Positions 8,992 through 20,863 of a stretch of 64,000 nucleotides of DNA are shown one piece after another (the stretch's first letter is position 1; each line of letters opens with the position of its first letter). Source of the DNA: Candidatus Eiseniibacteriota bacterium. Its GTDB lineage: Bacteria > Eisenbacteria > RBG-16-71-46 > SZUA-252. The translations under genes and the position numbers were made by a program. The stretch is taken from the NCBI GenBank assembly GCA_963703225.1, contig OY969801.1:1376001-1440000 (forward strand), written 5' to 3'. Below the pieces are notes generated by a model that was not told the origin of the DNA, searched no databases, and saw only the letters and a list, made by a program, of their open reading frames with translations.

Positions 8992-10476
8992 ATGAATCGG
9001 GGAAGAGCTTGTTTGTGGATTCTCGTTGCGGTGGCCCTTGCCGCGGGGCACGCGCCGGCGGCCGCGCAATCCGCGCCGCCGCCCGGCGGGACGGCGCCGG
9101 CGGCTTCCGACACGGTGAGGCTGGCGCCGGTGACACCTGCCGAGAGCCTGCTGGTCGTCTTGACTGGATCGCCGGGGGAGCCCTGGAGCCTCACGCGCTG
9201 CATCCAGACGGCGCTTCAGTACAACTCCGACGTGCTGGTCGCGTATGCGCGGACCCGTCAGGCGAGCGGCTCGGCCCTCTCCGCGTGGAGCGGGATCATC
9301 CCGTCCCTCACGACCGATGCCTCCTTGGGCCAGACTCGGCCGGACAAATTCTCCTCGTTCCGGGGCGTCACCGTCAACGACACGCTCTACACCGGTCTAT
9401 TGAAACAAACGAATTCCGGATCGGTCGGGGCGAGCCTCTCATCGAATATCATCAGCGTCCCCGCTATCAAGGAAAAGCAGCGGCGGGACGCTCTTCGGTC
9501 GGGTAGCAATTCCGATGAGGCAGAGACCCGGAACCAGGTGGTCTTCCTGGTCAAGCAGCAGTACTTCGAGCTTCTCAAGGCAGATCGCCTGGCCCAGGTC
9601 GCGCGGGATACGGAGCGTTTGGCCCGGGACGAGGAAACGCGCGCGGAGGCCCTGTTCCAGGTGGGCACCGTGGCGAAGGGGGATGTGCTCAAGGCACGCG
9701 CGCGTCGGGCGTCGACCCAAGCCGATCGACTGCAGGCCGAAAGTCAGGCCGAGATCGCCGCCTCCAAGCTCCGGCAGGTGCTCGGGGTCGCCTCGGCGCC
9801 GCGGATCGCGGCGGAGCCGCTCTCGGACATCGGAATCGTGATTCCGGACTCCGCGGAGGCGATTCGCCAAGCCCTCAACACACGCCCGCGGCTCGAGAGC
9901 GCCAAGGCGATCGAGAACGCGGCCCGCTCGAGCCTCTTTGGGGCTCGCGCCGAACGGCTTCCCAAGATCACCGGGCAGATCGGCGTCAATCGGAGCAAGG
10001 TCGAGGAAACGTTTGTCAACCTGTTCAGCTCGTCGCCGACCGCTCCTCCTCCTCCCGACGAGGTCACCAACACGCGCTACGCGACGCAATGGCAGGGGTC
10101 CCTGGCGGCCAGCCTTCCGATCTTTGACGGCCTGGCCATCGAGGGCGGCGTGCGCCAGGCCAAGGGATCGCTCGTCGAAGCCGAGTCCCAGCGACGCCAG
10201 CGCGAGCTCGACGTGGCCGTCGAGGTCCAAACGGCGTGGCTCACCCTCAAGGAGGCGGTCCAACGTATCGAAGTGCAGCGAGAAGGACTCGTGTCGGCCG
10301 AGGAGGATTACAAGTTTTCCAAGGGGCGGTACGACCTCGGGGCGGGGACCTACCTCGATCTCCTCACGGCCGAGGTTGGCCTCGCGACGGCCCGCCAGAA
10401 TCTGGTCCAGGCCGTGGCCGACGCGCGGGTCGCGGAAGCAGGGCTCGAATTCGCGATCGGTGCGAAGCGCTACTAG
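8992..10476 (+). CDS. tolC: TolC-family outer membrane efflux protein
   Basis: Signal peptide and two OEP repeats ('LPIFDG', 'RYDLGAGTYLDLL'). Start at ATG 8992 (GGAG RBS) preferred over 8935. Confidence 0.9.
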   Translation: MNRGRACLWILVAVALAAGHAPAAAQSAPPPGGTAPAASDTVRLAPVTPAESLLVVLTGSPGEPWSLTRCIQTALQYNSDVLVAYARTRQASGSALSAWSGIIPSLTTDASLGQTRPDKFSSFRGVTVNDTLYTGLLKQTNSGSVGASLSSNIISVPAIKEKQRRDALRSGSNSDEAETRNQVVFLVKQQYFELLKADRLAQVARDTERLARDEETRAEALFQVGTVAKGDVLKARARRASTQADRLQAESQAEIAASKLRQVLGVASAPRIAAEPLSDIGIVIPDSAEAIRQALNTRPRLESAKAIENAARSSLFGARAERLPKITGQIGVNRSKVEETFVNLFSSSPTAPPPPDEVTNTRYATQWQGSLAASLPIFDGLAIEGGVRQAKGSLVEAESQRRQRELDVAVEVQTAWLTLKEAVQRIEVQREGLVSAEEDYKFSKGRYDLGAGTYLDLLTAEVGLATARQNLVQAVADARVAEAGLEFAIGAKRY

Positions 10477-10509
10477 CCCGGTCGAACCGAAACCAGAGGA
10501 GAGGACTGA

Positions 10510-11820
10510 ATGACGAGCCGCGCGAAGCGGTTTGTGTGGATCGGAGCCGGGGCCCTTGTGCTCGTCCTGGTCGTGGTCTCGAACCTGAATCGCTCCGCGG
10601 GCGGCCAGGTCGCCATCCAGGCGGGAGAGGTGAAGAAGGGGTCGATTTCCTCGACCGTGCGCGCCCCGGGACGGGTCCAACCGGAAACGATGGTCAAGAT
10701 GAGCGCCACGGTGCCGGGACAAGTGGTCCAGCTCGTGGTCAAGGAAGGGGACCGGGTTCGCAAGGGCCAGTTCCTGCTTCAGATTGACGACAAGCAGTAC
10801 AGGGCCCAGGTGCGCGAGGCGTCCGCCGCGCTCGCGGCCGCGCGGTCGAACCTCCGCCTCGCAGAAGCGGCGCTCGAGCAGTCCGAAGCGTCGTGGAAGC
10901 GGAAGGAGGCTCTCTCCGCGCAGAATCTGGTCTCCGCGGAGGAGCTCGACCAGGCGCGGACCCAGCGGAACTCGGATCGCGCCCGCGTCGACGCGAACCG
11001 CGAAGATGTGGAGCGGTTCGGGGCGACGCTCCAGATGGCCGAGGACAATCTCCGGAAGACCCGGTTCGAGTCGCCGATCGACGGGACGGTGACCCAGCTC
11101 AGCATCGAGCGCGGCGAAATCGCGGTCACGGGAACGATGAACAATCCGGGCACGGTGATGCTGACCGTTGCCGACCTCGCGCGGATGAAGGTGGAGGCAG
11201 ACGTCGACGAGACCGACGTTTCCGCGATTTCCATGGGACAGACCGCGCAAGTGAAGGTCGACGCGCTCCCCGACACGAGCCTGACGGGACGCGTCACCGA
11301 AATCGCCAACTCGCCTTCGATCGAGAACCAGGAAACCCAGGAGCAGCAGACCAATTTCACCGTCGACGTGATGATCGACCGCCCGCCGCTGTCGCTCCGT
11401 CCAGGGATGACCGCGGACGTGGAGATCAAGACCGCGACCAAGGACAGCGTCCTCTACGTGCCGATCCAGTCGGTCGTGGTCCGGACCCAGGCGGACCTAG
11501 AGCCTGCCTCGAAGAGAGGAAAGAAGAGCGGTCCGCGGCGCGCCAAGGCGGAGGAGGGCGGCAAGTCGCCCGCCAGCGCGGCAAAGGATTCCAAGAGCAG
11601 CGAGGAGATTCGAGGTGTCTTCGTGATCGCGAAGGGTTTGGCCGAATTCCGCCGCGTCAAGCCGGGGATCGCGAGCGACACCGACTTCGAGGTGGCCGGC
11701 GACCTCAAGCCGGGCGAGAAGGTCATCATCGGCCCCCACAAGATCCTCCGCACGCTCAAACCAGGGCAAAAGGTGAAGATCGAAGAACCGAAGAAGCCGA
11801 AGGGCAAGGAGGCGCGTTGA
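10510..11820 (+). CDS. Efflux periplasmic adaptor (MacA/YknX-like)
   Basis: Lipoyl-like '[11 protein letters not shown]', alpha-hairpin, 'SPIDGTV', 'LRPGMTA'. Confidence 0.92.
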   Translation: MTSRAKRFVWIGAGALVLVLVVVSNLNRSAGGQVAIQAGEVKKGSISSTVRAPGRVQPETMVKMSATVPGQVVQLVVKEGDRVRKGQFLLQIDDKQYRAQVREASAALAAARSNLRLAEAALEQSEASWKRKEALSAQNLVSAEELDQARTQRNSDRARVDANREDVERFGATLQMAEDNLRKTRFESPIDGTVTQLSIERGEIAVTGTMNNPGTVMLTVADLARMKVEADVDETDVSAISMGQTAQVKVDALPDTSLTGRVTEIANSPSIENQETQEQQTNFTVDVMIDRPPLSLRPGMTADVEIKTATKDSVLYVPIQSVVVRTQADLEPASKRGKKSGPRRAKAEEGGKSPASAAKDSKSSEEIRGVFVIAKGLAEFRRVKPGIASDTDFEVAGDLKPGEKVIIGPHKILRTLKPGQKVKIEEPKKPKGKEAR

Positions 11821-12545
11821 TCGAGCCGGTCGGCGGGAACGGCGCCCTCATCGATATCGTGGACGTGCGGAAGGTCTACGAAATGGGCGAGACCGAGGTG
11901 AACGCGCTCGACGGGGTCTCGCTGTCGGTGGGGAAGGGGGAGTATCTCGCCATCATGGGACCCTCGGGGTCAGGGAAGTCGACGCTCATGAACATCGTCG
12001 GCTGTCTCGATACGCCGACGAGCGGCTCCTACAAGCTCCGCGGGACCGAGATCCGCGAGCGGGACGACGACGAGCTCGCCCGGATCCGGAATCAGGAGAT
12101 CGGCTTCATCTTCCAGACATTCAACCTGCTTCCCCGTGCCGACGCGCTCCACAACGTGGAGCTGCCGCTGATCTACGCCGGACGACCGGCCAAGGAGCGC
12201 CGTGACCGGGCCCGCGCGATGCTCGAATCGGTCGGCCTGGGGGACCGGGCGCACCACCGCCCCAACGAGCTCTCGGGAGGGCAGCGGCAGCGCGTCGCGA
12301 TCGCGCGCGCCCTCGTCAACAGTCCGTCCTTGGTCCTCGCGGACGAGCCGACCGGAAACCTCGATACCAAGACCGGGCTCGAGATCATGACGATCCTGGA
12401 CGACATCCACCGCCGCGGTAACACGGTGATTCTGGTTACCCACGAGGAGGAGGTCGCCGCCCGGGCCCACCGGGTCGTCCGGCTGCGTGACGGCCGGATC
12501 GAAAGCGACCGATCGACGCGCCCGGCCCAGCCGGCTCCCGCATGA
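11817..12545 (+). CDS. ABC transporter ATP-binding protein (MacB/LolD family)
   Basis: Walker [31 protein letters not shown] start overlaps the upstream stop. Confidence 0.95.
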   Translation: MIEPVGGNGALIDIVDVRKVYEMGETEVNALDGVSLSVGKGEYLAIMGPSGSGKSTLMNIVGCLDTPTSGSYKLRGTEIRERDDDELARIRNQEIGFIFQTFNLLPRADALHNVELPLIYAGRPAKERRDRARAMLESVGLGDRAHHRPNELSGGQRQRVAIARALVNSPSLVLADEPTGNLDTKTGLEIMTILDDIHRRGNTVILVTHEEEVAARAHRVVRLRDGRIESDRSTRPAQPAPA

Positions 12546-13795
12546 CCCCCGATCGGCGGCCGCGGCGCGAGGTGTGGATCGCGTTGGCCGAGAATCTGAA
12601 GATCGCCGTCGGGGCGCTGCGAGCCAACAAGCTCCGAACCGTCCTCACCGTCCTCGGAAATGTCGTGGCGGTGATGTCCGTGATCGCCGTGGTCTCGATC
12701 ATCGACGGCGTGAACACCTACGTCTCCGAGAAGATCCTCGAGCAGGGGCTCCGGGTCATCTACATCGACAAATTCGGCCTCATCACCGATGAGGACGAAT
12801 TCCGCGAGGCGACCAAGCGCCACGACCTCACGACGTTCGAAGCGGACGCCCTCCGCGACCGGATGGAGCTCGCCGATCAGGTGGTGGCGCAGGCCGAGGC
12901 CAACAAGAGCGTCCGCGTCGGCCGGGTCGATCTTCGGAATGTCCGCGTCCTCGGCACCACCGACGGCTACCTGGCCGTGGGCAAATACGAGACCGCGGAA
13001 GGCCGGCCGCTCGAAGAGGCCGATATGTCCCGGCGGCGACCCGTCTGCGTGATCGGCTCCGAGATCGCCGAGGGGCTCTTTCCCCGGGTCGATCCGATCG
13101 GCGAGACCGTCCGCGTGGCCGGCCACGAGCTTCGTGTCGTCGGGATCTTGACCGCGCGCGGGAGCGTATTGGGCCAGAGCCAGGACAACATCGTCATCGT
13201 TCCCCTCGGGCAGTTCCAGAAGATGTTCGGCGGCCAGCGCTCGCTCAACATCCTGGTGAGCGCCGCACCCGGGATCGACCTCGATCGCCTCTCCGACGAG
13301 GCCCGCGTGGTGCTCCGCTCGGTCCGCCACGTGCCGCTGGGCAAGCCGGACGATTTCGCGATCTCCACCGCCGAGACGTACATGGCGCTCTATCAAACCC
13401 TGACGGGAGGCATCTTCGCCGGAACCATCGGGCTCGTGGCGATCTCGTTGGTGGTCGGCGGAATCGTGATCATGAACATCATGCTGGTGGCCGTCACCGA
13501 GCGAACCCGCGAGATCGGAATCCGGAAGGCGGTCGGAGCCCGCGGCTCCGACCTCCTCTCTCAGTTCCTGAGCGAATCGGTCGTGCTCGCAATGTTCGGC
13601 GGAATCCTCGGCGTGCTGGCGGGGGTCTTCATCGCGCTCCTGATCCGCGCCCTGACGCCGCTCCCGGCGACCATCCAGCCCTGGTCGGTCGCGATCAGCC
13701 TGGGCGTGGCCTCCGCGGTCGGGCTCTTCTTCGGGGTCTATCCCGCGACCCGCGCGGCGCGCCTCGATCCGATCGTGGCGCTTCGGCAGGAGTAG
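12542..13795 (+). CDS. MacB/FtsX-type ABC permease
   Basis: '[22 protein letters not shown]' and '[15 protein letters not shown]'. Confidence 0.95.
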   Translation: MTPDRRPRREVWIALAENLKIAVGALRANKLRTVLTVLGNVVAVMSVIAVVSIIDGVNTYVSEKILEQGLRVIYIDKFGLITDEDEFREATKRHDLTTFEADALRDRMELADQVVAQAEANKSVRVGRVDLRNVRVLGTTDGYLAVGKYETAEGRPLEEADMSRRRPVCVIGSEIAEGLFPRVDPIGETVRVAGHELRVVGILTARGSVLGQSQDNIVIVPLGQFQKMFGGQRSLNILVSAAPGIDLDRLSDEARVVLRSVRHVPLGKPDDFAISTAETYMALYQTLTGGIFAGTIGLVAISLVVGGIVIMNIMLVAVTERTREIGIRKAVGARGSDLLSQFLSESVVLAMFGGILGVLAGVFIALLIRALTPLPATIQPWSVAISLGVASAVGLFFGVYPATRAARLDPIVALRQE

Positions 13796-13798
13796 CCC

Positions 13799-15025
13799 GT
13801 GGCGATCGAGGTCCGCGAAGGCGTGTCGATCGCCTTCCACGCGCTGCGGACGAACAAGCTCCGATCCTTCCTCACCATCCTGGGGGTGATCATCGGGATC
13901 ACGGCGATCATGGCCATGATCTCGATCATCGAGGGGCTGAACAAGAGCATGAAGGCGCAGCTCGCGTCCCTGGGAACCGACGTGCTGTACATCCGGCCCT
14001 TCTCCCCGGGTGCTTGGGTCGGGGAGATGCCCGACAGCCTCCGGCGGCGAAAGTGGTTCGAGCCCGAGGACGCCGAGGCCATCCGGAGAGCCTGTCCCGC
14101 CGTCGAGGCCGTGGCCCCTCTCAATTTCGAGCAGCTCCGCCTCCGCTACCAAAATACGGAGAGCCGGTTGACCTTCGTGATCGGGACATCGCCCGACTAC
14201 ATGGTCACCAACAACTACGCGGTCGACAATGGGCGTGGCTTCACCGAGTCCGAGGTGGAACACCGGGCGCCGGTCTGCGTCCTGGGCATCGACCATGTGG
14301 AGACGCTCTTTCCGCACGTGAACCCGGTCGGGAAGAGCATCTATATCGGCGGCCGGCCGTTCACCGTCATCGGCGTGGCCGAGCCTCGTGGCAAGTTCCT
14401 GGGCCAGAGCCTGGACGACATCGTCCTGGTTCCGTTCACCACGCTCGAAAAGCTGTTCGGCCCCAAGCTCCGCATGGTGCTGAACGCCAAGCCGGCGACG
14501 CCGGAGCTGATCGACACGGCCAAGGAGCAGATCGCCGAGGTGCTGCGCCGCCAGCGGAAGGTCCGGTACAATCAGGGAGACAACTTCGCGATCTTCACCG
14601 ACCAGGCGCTGGTCGACCTCTACGGTCAGATCACCGGCGCCTTTTACATGGTGATGGTCGTGATATCGTCGATCGGTCTCATGGTCGGCGGCATTGGAGT
14701 CATGAACATCATGCTCGTCTCGGTGACGGAGCGGACGCGGGAGATCGGGGTACGGAAGGCGATCGGGGCACGGCAGCGCGACATTCTGTGGCAATTCCTG
14801 GTGGAGGCCATGACCTTGACCGGGGTCGGCGGGGTCATCGGCGTGGTGGTCGGCCTCGGGGTGGGGAAGCTCATCGACGTCGTCACGCCCCTGACCTTCG
14901 CGGTGCCGCTCTGGGGCATCGTCCTTGCCTTCGGGTCTTCCACGGCGATCGGGCTCTTCTTCGGCCTCTACCCGGCCGCGAAGGCGGCCCGGCTCGATCC
15001 TGTCGATTCGCTGCGCTACGAGTAG
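13799..15025 (+). CDS. MacB/FtsX-type ABC permease (second)
   Basis: '[22 protein letters not shown]' and '[17 protein letters not shown]'. Confidence 0.95.
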   Translation: MAIEVREGVSIAFHALRTNKLRSFLTILGVIIGITAIMAMISIIEGLNKSMKAQLASLGTDVLYIRPFSPGAWVGEMPDSLRRRKWFEPEDAEAIRRACPAVEAVAPLNFEQLRLRYQNTESRLTFVIGTSPDYMVTNNYAVDNGRGFTESEVEHRAPVCVLGIDHVETLFPHVNPVGKSIYIGGRPFTVIGVAEPRGKFLGQSLDDIVLVPFTTLEKLFGPKLRMVLNAKPATPELIDTAKEQIAEVLRRQRKVRYNQGDNFAIFTDQALVDLYGQITGAFYMVMVVISSIGLMVGGIGVMNIMLVSVTERTREIGVRKAIGARQRDILWQFLVEAMTLTGVGGVIGVVVGLGVGKLIDVVTPLTFAVPLWGIVLAFGSSTAIGLFFGLYPAAKAARLDPVDSLRYE

Positions 15026-15041
15026 CGACGGAGCCCCTTCG

Positions 15042-17899
15042 ATGGATCTGATCCGCGTGCGCGGCGCCCGCGAGCACAACCTCAAGAATCTGAGCCTCGA
15101 CATCCCCCGGAACGCCCTGGTGGTCCTGACCGGCGTCTCCGGCTCCGGGAAATCGTCCCTCGCCTTCGACACCCTCTACGCCGAGGGGCAGCGGCGCTAC
15201 GTCGAGTCGCTCTCCGCCTACGCCCGACAGTTCCTGGGACAGATGGAGAAGCCGGACGTGGACCAGATCGAGGGCCTCTCCCCCGCGATCTCGATCGAGC
15301 AGCGGACGGCGGGCTCCAATCCGCGCTCCACCGTCGCGACCGTGACGGAGATCTACGACTACCTCCGCCTGCTCTACGCGCGGGTCGGCATCCAGCACTG
15401 CGTGAACTGCGGCCGCCCCATCCGGCGGCAGACCGTGCAGGAGATGGTCGATCACCTGCTCGTCTCCCGCCGGGGGGAGCGCCTTCAGATCCTGGCGCCG
15501 GTCGTGCGCGGACGGAAAGGGGAGTACCGAAAGGAGCTCACGCAGTGGCGAAGGCTCGGGTACGTGCGCGCGCGGATCGACGGAACGTGGGTGGAGCTGG
15601 AAGACGACATCACGCTCGACAAGAAGCAGAAGCACACGATCGAGATCCTCGTCGACCGGCTGGTCGGCCGACCCGGAGCGCCGGAGCCGGATCCACGAAT
15701 CGTTGGAGAGCGCGACCCGGCTGGCCGAGGGGATGGCGCTGGTTCTCCACGGGGAGGATAGCGAGGAGACGCTCTCCGCCTCGGCGGTCTGCCCGGTCTG
15801 CCAGATCTCGTACGAGCCGCTCCAGCCCCGATCGTTCTCCTTCAATAGCCCCTACGGCGCCTGCAAGGCGTGCGACGGCCTCGGGACCACGCTGGAGGTC
15901 GATCCCGATCTCGTGATCCCCGATCGATCCAAATCGCTACAGGAAGGAACGGTCGTCTGGTGGGGCGACCCCGAAGGGACATGGACCAAGGGGACTCCTC
16001 ACGTCGTTCGCCAAACGGCTCGGCATCTCCTTCAACACCCCGTTCGCCAAGCTGCCCGCGGCCGCCCAGCGGGCGATCCTCTACGGGCTGGGCGACGAGA
16101 AGCTCCGCTACAAGTTCCGTCTGAAGAGCGGGAAGGTTTGGTCGCACGAGGGGAAGTTTCACGGCGTCATTCCGGAGATGATGCGGCGATACCGGGAGAC
16201 GGCGTCGGAGAGCGATCCGCCAGCAGATCGAGGCCTGCATGACCAAGAGGCCGTGCGCCGACTGCGGCGGGGCTCGGCTCCGCCCGGAATCGCTCGCGGT
16301 GCGGGTGGGCGGCGTCTCGATCGCGGACTGGGTGAAGCAGTCGGTGGATCGCGCGCTCGAAACGATCCGATCGCTCTCCCTCCCGCCGCGCGAGGCATCG
16401 ATCGCCGAGCCGATCAAGAAGGAGCTTCGGGCGCGGCTCGAGTTTCTCCGAGACGTGGGCGTGGGGTACCTCACGCTCGACCGGGCGGCGTCGACCCTCT
16501 CCGGTGGGGAGGCACAGCGGATTCGGCTCGCGACCCAGATCGGCTCCCGGCTCACGGGGGTGCTCTACATCCTCGACGAGCCGAGCATCGGGCTCCACCC
16601 GCGCGACAACCGAAAGCTCCTCGACACCCTTCTCAAGCTTCGCGACCTCGGGCAATTCGGTGCTGGTGGTCGAGCACGATCGGGAGACGATGGAGGCGGC
16701 CGACCACATCGTCGACTTGGGGCCGGGCGCCGGGCGGCGGGGCGGTTACCTCGTGGCGCAGGGCTCCATCGACGCGATCCGCGCTTCGTCGGATTCGCTC
16801 ACCGGCCAGTACCTCTCGAACCAGCGCGAGATCGCGATACCGGGGGCGAGGCGGCCGGGGAGCGGCGCCTGGCTCGAGGTCGTCGGCGCGCGGCACAACA
16901 ATCTGAAGAAGATCCGCGCCCGCTTCCCGCTCGGCACCTTCGTCTGCGTGACCGGCGTGTCGGGGTCGGGCAAGAGCACGCTCGTGAACGACATCCTCTA
17001 CCGCGCGCTGGCGAAGAAGCTCCACGGCGCCAAGGAGGCGCCCGGCGCCCACGATCGGATTCTCGGACTCGATCAGGTGGACAAGGTGGTCGCGATCGAT
17101 CAGTCGCCGATCGGCCGGACGCCGCGCTCCAACCCGGCCACCTACACCGGCGTCTTCACGCTCATCCGGGACCTCTTCGCCCAGGTTCCCGAGGCCAAGG
17201 TCCGCGGCTACACGCAGGGGCGGTTCAGCTTCAACGTCAAGGGCGGCCGGTGCGAGGCGTGCGCGGGTGATGGGCTGTACGAAGATCGAGATGCATTTCC
17301 TCCCGGACGTCTACGTCACGTGCGACGTTTGCCGGGGGAGGCGGTACAACCGGGAGACGCTCGAGGTTACCTACAAGGGAAAATCGATCGCCGACGTCCT
17401 CGAGATGACGGTCGACGACGCGCTCGAGCTCTTGGGACCGATTCCTTCGATCCGGCGAAAACTCGAGACCCTGGCGGGAGTCGGGCTCGGCTACATCCAC
17501 CTCGGCCAGGCCGCGACCACGCTCTCCGGCGGGGAGGCGCAGCGGGTCAAGCTCGCGACCGAGCTTTCGCGGACCGAGACCGGGCGCACCGTCTACATCC
17601 TCGACGAGCCGACCACCGGGCTTCACTTCGAAGACGTACGGCTCCTCCTCGAGGTGCTCGACCGGCTCTCCGATCGCGGCAACACGGTGATCGTCATCGA
17701 GCACAACCTGGACGTGATCCGGAGGGCCGACTGGATCCTCGACCTCGGCCCGGAGGGCGGAGACGCGGGCGGACGGATCGTGGGAGAGGGCGCTCCCGAG
17801 GCGGTCGCGGGCACGGAGGGATCCTTCACGGGAGAGGCGATCCGTCCGTTGCTTCGCCGGACGCGGACGCCCCGGCGCGTGGCCGAGGCCGCAATTTGA
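15042..17899 (+). CDS. uvrA: Excinuclease ABC subunit A (several frameshifts)
   Basis: 'GAREHNLKN', two Walker A motifs ([10 protein letters not shown]), zinc fingers, two 'LSGGEAQR' signatures spread over frames. Confidence 0.95.
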
Positions 17900-17923
17900 A
17901 ATCCCCCGGGGATGTGATAAGGT
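17896..17923 (+). promoter_or_regulatory. Candidate sigma70 promoter of the gcv operon
   Basis: TTGAAA-N16-TAAGGT with extended -10 TG. Confidence 0.4.
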
Positions 17924-17964
17924 AGCCCGTCCTTTCACGCCGCAACTGTCCCAATGGAAAGAGG

Positions 17965-19098
17965 ATGCTCGATACCGCGACCGCTCTGAAGCGGACTCCG
18001 TTCTATCCCCGTCACGTCGCCTTCGGGGCCAAGATGGTCCCCTTCGCCGGGCATGAAATGCCCATCCAATACGAGGGGATCCTGGCCGAGCACCGGGCCG
18101 TGCGGTCGGGCGTCGGGGTCTTCGATGTCTCCCACATGGGCGAGATCCGGCTCACGGGGTCCGACGCGGCGTCCTACGCCAACCGCCTGGTCACGAACGA
18201 GGCGGGAACGATCCCCGACGGCAAGGTGGTCTACACCCCGATGTGCCTGGAGACCGGCGGGATCATCGATGACCTGCTCGTCTACGCGCTCGGGGCCGAC
18301 CGCCTCCTGGTCGTCAACGCGGCGAACTTCGACAAGGATCTCGCGTGGATCAAGTCGCACGCTCCGCGCGGCGTCCAGGTCGTCGACGAGAACGCCGACA
18401 CCGCCCAGCTCGCCATCCAAGGGCCCCGCGCCGAGGCGGTCGTCGCGCGCCTCTATGGCGATCGCGTCAAGGCGCTCGGATTCTACGAGGCCTTCCAGAC
18501 GGGTTCGGGCGACGCATGGACGCTGGTCTCTCGCACCGGGTATACCGGCGAGGACGGGTTCGAAGTCTACGTGCGGGCGTCTCGGGCGCTCCCGCTCTGG
18601 GATCAGGTGTTCGAGGCGGGCAAGGCCGAGGGGATCCGACCGATCGGATTGGGTGCGCGCGATACGCTCCGGTTGGAGATGGGCTATTGCCTCTACGGGA
18701 ACGACATCGACGAGACGACGAACCCGCTCGAGGCTGGGCTGGCGTGGACGGTGCGCTTGGAGAAGCCCGAGTTCATCGGGCTCGACGCCATCCGCCGCGC
18801 CAGGTCGGCCGGAATCGGGCGCCGGCTGCTCGGGCTCGTGCTGGAAGGGGACCGCATCGCGCGGGCCACGAGCGAGGTCCGGTTTCAGGGTAAACCGATC
18901 GGGCGCGTCACGAGCGGGTCGATGGGCATCACCATCGGAAAGCCCGTGGCGATGGCCTACCTCGGCTTGGAAGCCGCGAAGCCTGGCGAGCACGTCGAGG
19001 TCATGACGCGGGGGCAGGCCACGCCCGCACAGGTCAGCGCGCGGCCGATCTATCGCCACGGCACCGTCCGGTCGCCCAAACCGAGGAGAGCGGAATGA
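17965..19098 (+). CDS. gcvT: Glycine cleavage aminomethyltransferase T
   Basis: '[11 protein letters not shown]', '[12 protein letters not shown]', '[13 protein letters not shown]'. Confidence 0.97.
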   Translation: MLDTATALKRTPFYPRHVAFGAKMVPFAGHEMPIQYEGILAEHRAVRSGVGVFDVSHMGEIRLTGSDAASYANRLVTNEAGTIPDGKVVYTPMCLETGGIIDDLLVYALGADRLLVVNAANFDKDLAWIKSHAPRGVQVVDENADTAQLAIQGPRAEAVVARLYGDRVKALGFYEAFQTGSGDAWTLVSRTGYTGEDGFEVYVRASRALPLWDQVFEAGKAEGIRPIGLGARDTLRLEMGYCLYGNDIDETTNPLEAGLAWTVRLEKPEFIGLDAIRRARSAGIGRRLLGLVLEGDRIARATSEVRFQGKPIGRVTSGSMGITIGKPVAMAYLGLEAAKPGEHVEVMTRGQATPAQVSARPIYRHGTVRSPKPRRAE

Positions 19099-19481
19099 AC
19101 GTTCCCAAGGAGCTCCGCTACACGAAGGAACACGAGTGGGTCCGCGTGGAAGGGGGCGAAGCGGTGATCGGGATCACCGATTACGCTCAAGGAGAGCTGG
19201 GCGACGTGATCTTCGTCGAGCTGCCTGCCCCTGGAAGCAAGGCCACGCAGATGAAAGGCTTCGGCACGATCGACGCCGTAAAGACCGTGAGCGATCTCTT
19301 CGCCCCGCTGAGCGGGGAGGTGACCGCCGTGAACACGGATCTGAAAGATAACCCGGCCCTGGTGAATCAGGCGCCGTACGGGAAGGGGTGGATGGTCCGG
19401 ATCCGCATCGGGAACCCCAAGGAGCTGGACGCGCTCCTGACCGCGGGGGCCTACGAAAAGCACCTGGGGGCCCATACGTGA
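19095..19481 (+). CDS. gcvH: Glycine cleavage H protein
   Basis: 'YTKEHEWVR', 'GITDYAQ..LGD', lipoyl-Lys in 'DAVKTVSD', 'PYGKGW'. Confidence 0.97.
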   Translation: MNVPKELRYTKEHEWVRVEGGEAVIGITDYAQGELGDVIFVELPAPGSKATQMKGFGTIDAVKTVSDLFAPLSGEVTAVNTDLKDNPALVNQAPYGKGWMVRIRIGNPKELDALLTAGAYEKHLGAHT

Positions 19482-20863
19482 GCTTTGTCGGCCGCAGCGA
19501 CGTCGAGCGCCGCGCCATGCTCGAGACGATCGGGGCGCCGAGCCTCGAGGCGCTCTGGGCGGCCATTCCATCCGAGTTTCGGATCCAGGGGCCGCTTCCT
19601 CTCGACGCGCCGCTCGCGGAGTACGAGATCTCGCGCCGGTTCGAAGAGTGGGCGGCGCAAAACGCGGACGCGAGCCGGAACGTCTGTTTCCTGGGGGGCG
19701 GCATCTACGATCACTTCATTCCCGCCGCGCTCCGATCGATCCTCTCGCGCTCGGAGTTCGCCACGGCCTACACGCCCTACCAGCCCGAGGTATCGCAGGG
19801 CACCCTGCAGGCGATGTTCGAGTATCAGTCGATGATCCGCGAGTTGACCGGCATGGAAGTCGCGAACGCCTCCATGTACGACGGCGCGACCGCCGCGGCC
19901 GAGGCGTGTCACTTCGCCGCCGGCGCGACCGGGCGGTCCCGCGTGCTGGTCTCGGCGGGCCTTCACCCGCACTACCGCGAGGTCCTCGCAACCTATGCTT
20001 CGGCCGGCGGGTTCGAGCTGGCGGACCTCCCGCTTGGTGGAGGACGGACGTCCGCCGCTCCGATCGCGCGCTCCGGAGAAGGGTCGATCGCGGCCGTCGT
20101 CTGGGCGCAGCCGAATTTTGAGGGAATCGTCGAGGACGGAAAGGCGCTGACCGACGCGGCCCACGCCGCCGGCGCGTACTCGGTCGCGGTCGCCGATCCG
20201 GTGGCGCTCGCCGTCCTGACGCCGCCGGGGGCCGACGGTGCCGACGTCGTCGTCGGCGAAGGGCAGCCGCTCGGGGTCTCGATGAGCTACGGCGGACCGC
20301 TGGTCGGTTTCTTCGCGATCCGCAAGTCGGACGTCCGCCGCCTGCCCGGGCGCCTCGCCGGGCTCACCGTCGATCTGGACGGGAAGCGCGGCTACGTGCT
20401 CACGCTTCAGACTCGGGAGCAGCACATCCGCCGCGAGCGCGCGACCTCGAACATCTGCACCAATCAGGGTCTGATGTCGCTCGCCAACACGGTCTACCTG
20501 GCACTCCTGGGCGCGCAGGGGCTCCGCGACGTGGCGCTCCAATGCCTCGAGCGGACCCACTACCTCGCGTCGCGCCTGTCGGCCATTCCGGGCGTCTCGC
20601 TCGTGAACGGCGACGCGCCCTACTTCCGCGAGTTCGTCCTTCGGCTCCCGGGGAGCGCGGAGGGGTTCGCGAGCGCGGCGCTCGAGCGGCGGATTCTCGC
20701 CGGGATCCCGCTCGCCCGGTTCGATCGCCGCCGCGACCGCGACCTCCTGGTCGCGGTGACCGAGAAGCGGAGCAAGGAGGAGATGGATCGCTACACGGAG
20801 GTCCTCTCCCAATGGGCTCGGTCGGCGGCGAAGCCAGCCGAGGAGGCCGCGTGCCGGAATTGA
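19478..20863 (+). CDS. gcvPA: Glycine dehydrogenase subunit 1
   Basis: 'TAYTPYQPEVSQG', 'NASMYDG', 'REQHIRRERATSNICTNQ'; GTG start at 19478. Confidence 0.96.
   Translation: MSFVGRSDVERRAMLETIGAPSLEALWAAIPSEFRIQGPLPLDAPLAEYEISRRFEEWAAQNADASRNVCFLGGGIYDHFIPAALRSILSRSEFATAYTPYQPEVSQGTLQAMFEYQSMIRELTGMEVANASMYDGATAAAEACHFAAGATGRSRVLVSAGLHPHYREVLATYASAGGFELADLPLGGGRTSAAPIARSGEGSIAAVVWAQPNFEGIVEDGKALTDAAHAAGAYSVAVADPVALAVLTPPGADGADVVVGEGQPLGVSMSYGGPLVGFFAIRKSDVRRLPGRLAGLTVDLDGKRGYVLTLQTREQHIRRERATSNICTNQGLMSLANTVYLALLGAQGLRDVALQCLERTHYLASRLSAIPGVSLVNGDAPYFREFVLRLPGSAEGFASAALERRILAGIPLARFDRRRDRDLLVAVTEKRSKEEMDRYTEVLSQWARSAAKPAEEAACRN

Noticed and set aside
15026..15041. SOS box upstream of uvrA
   Set aside because: The gap is 16 nt with no recognisable LexA palindrome.
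17900..17964. Glycine riboswitch upstream of gcvT
   Set aside because: Only about 65 nt are intergenic and no aptamer motifs are present.
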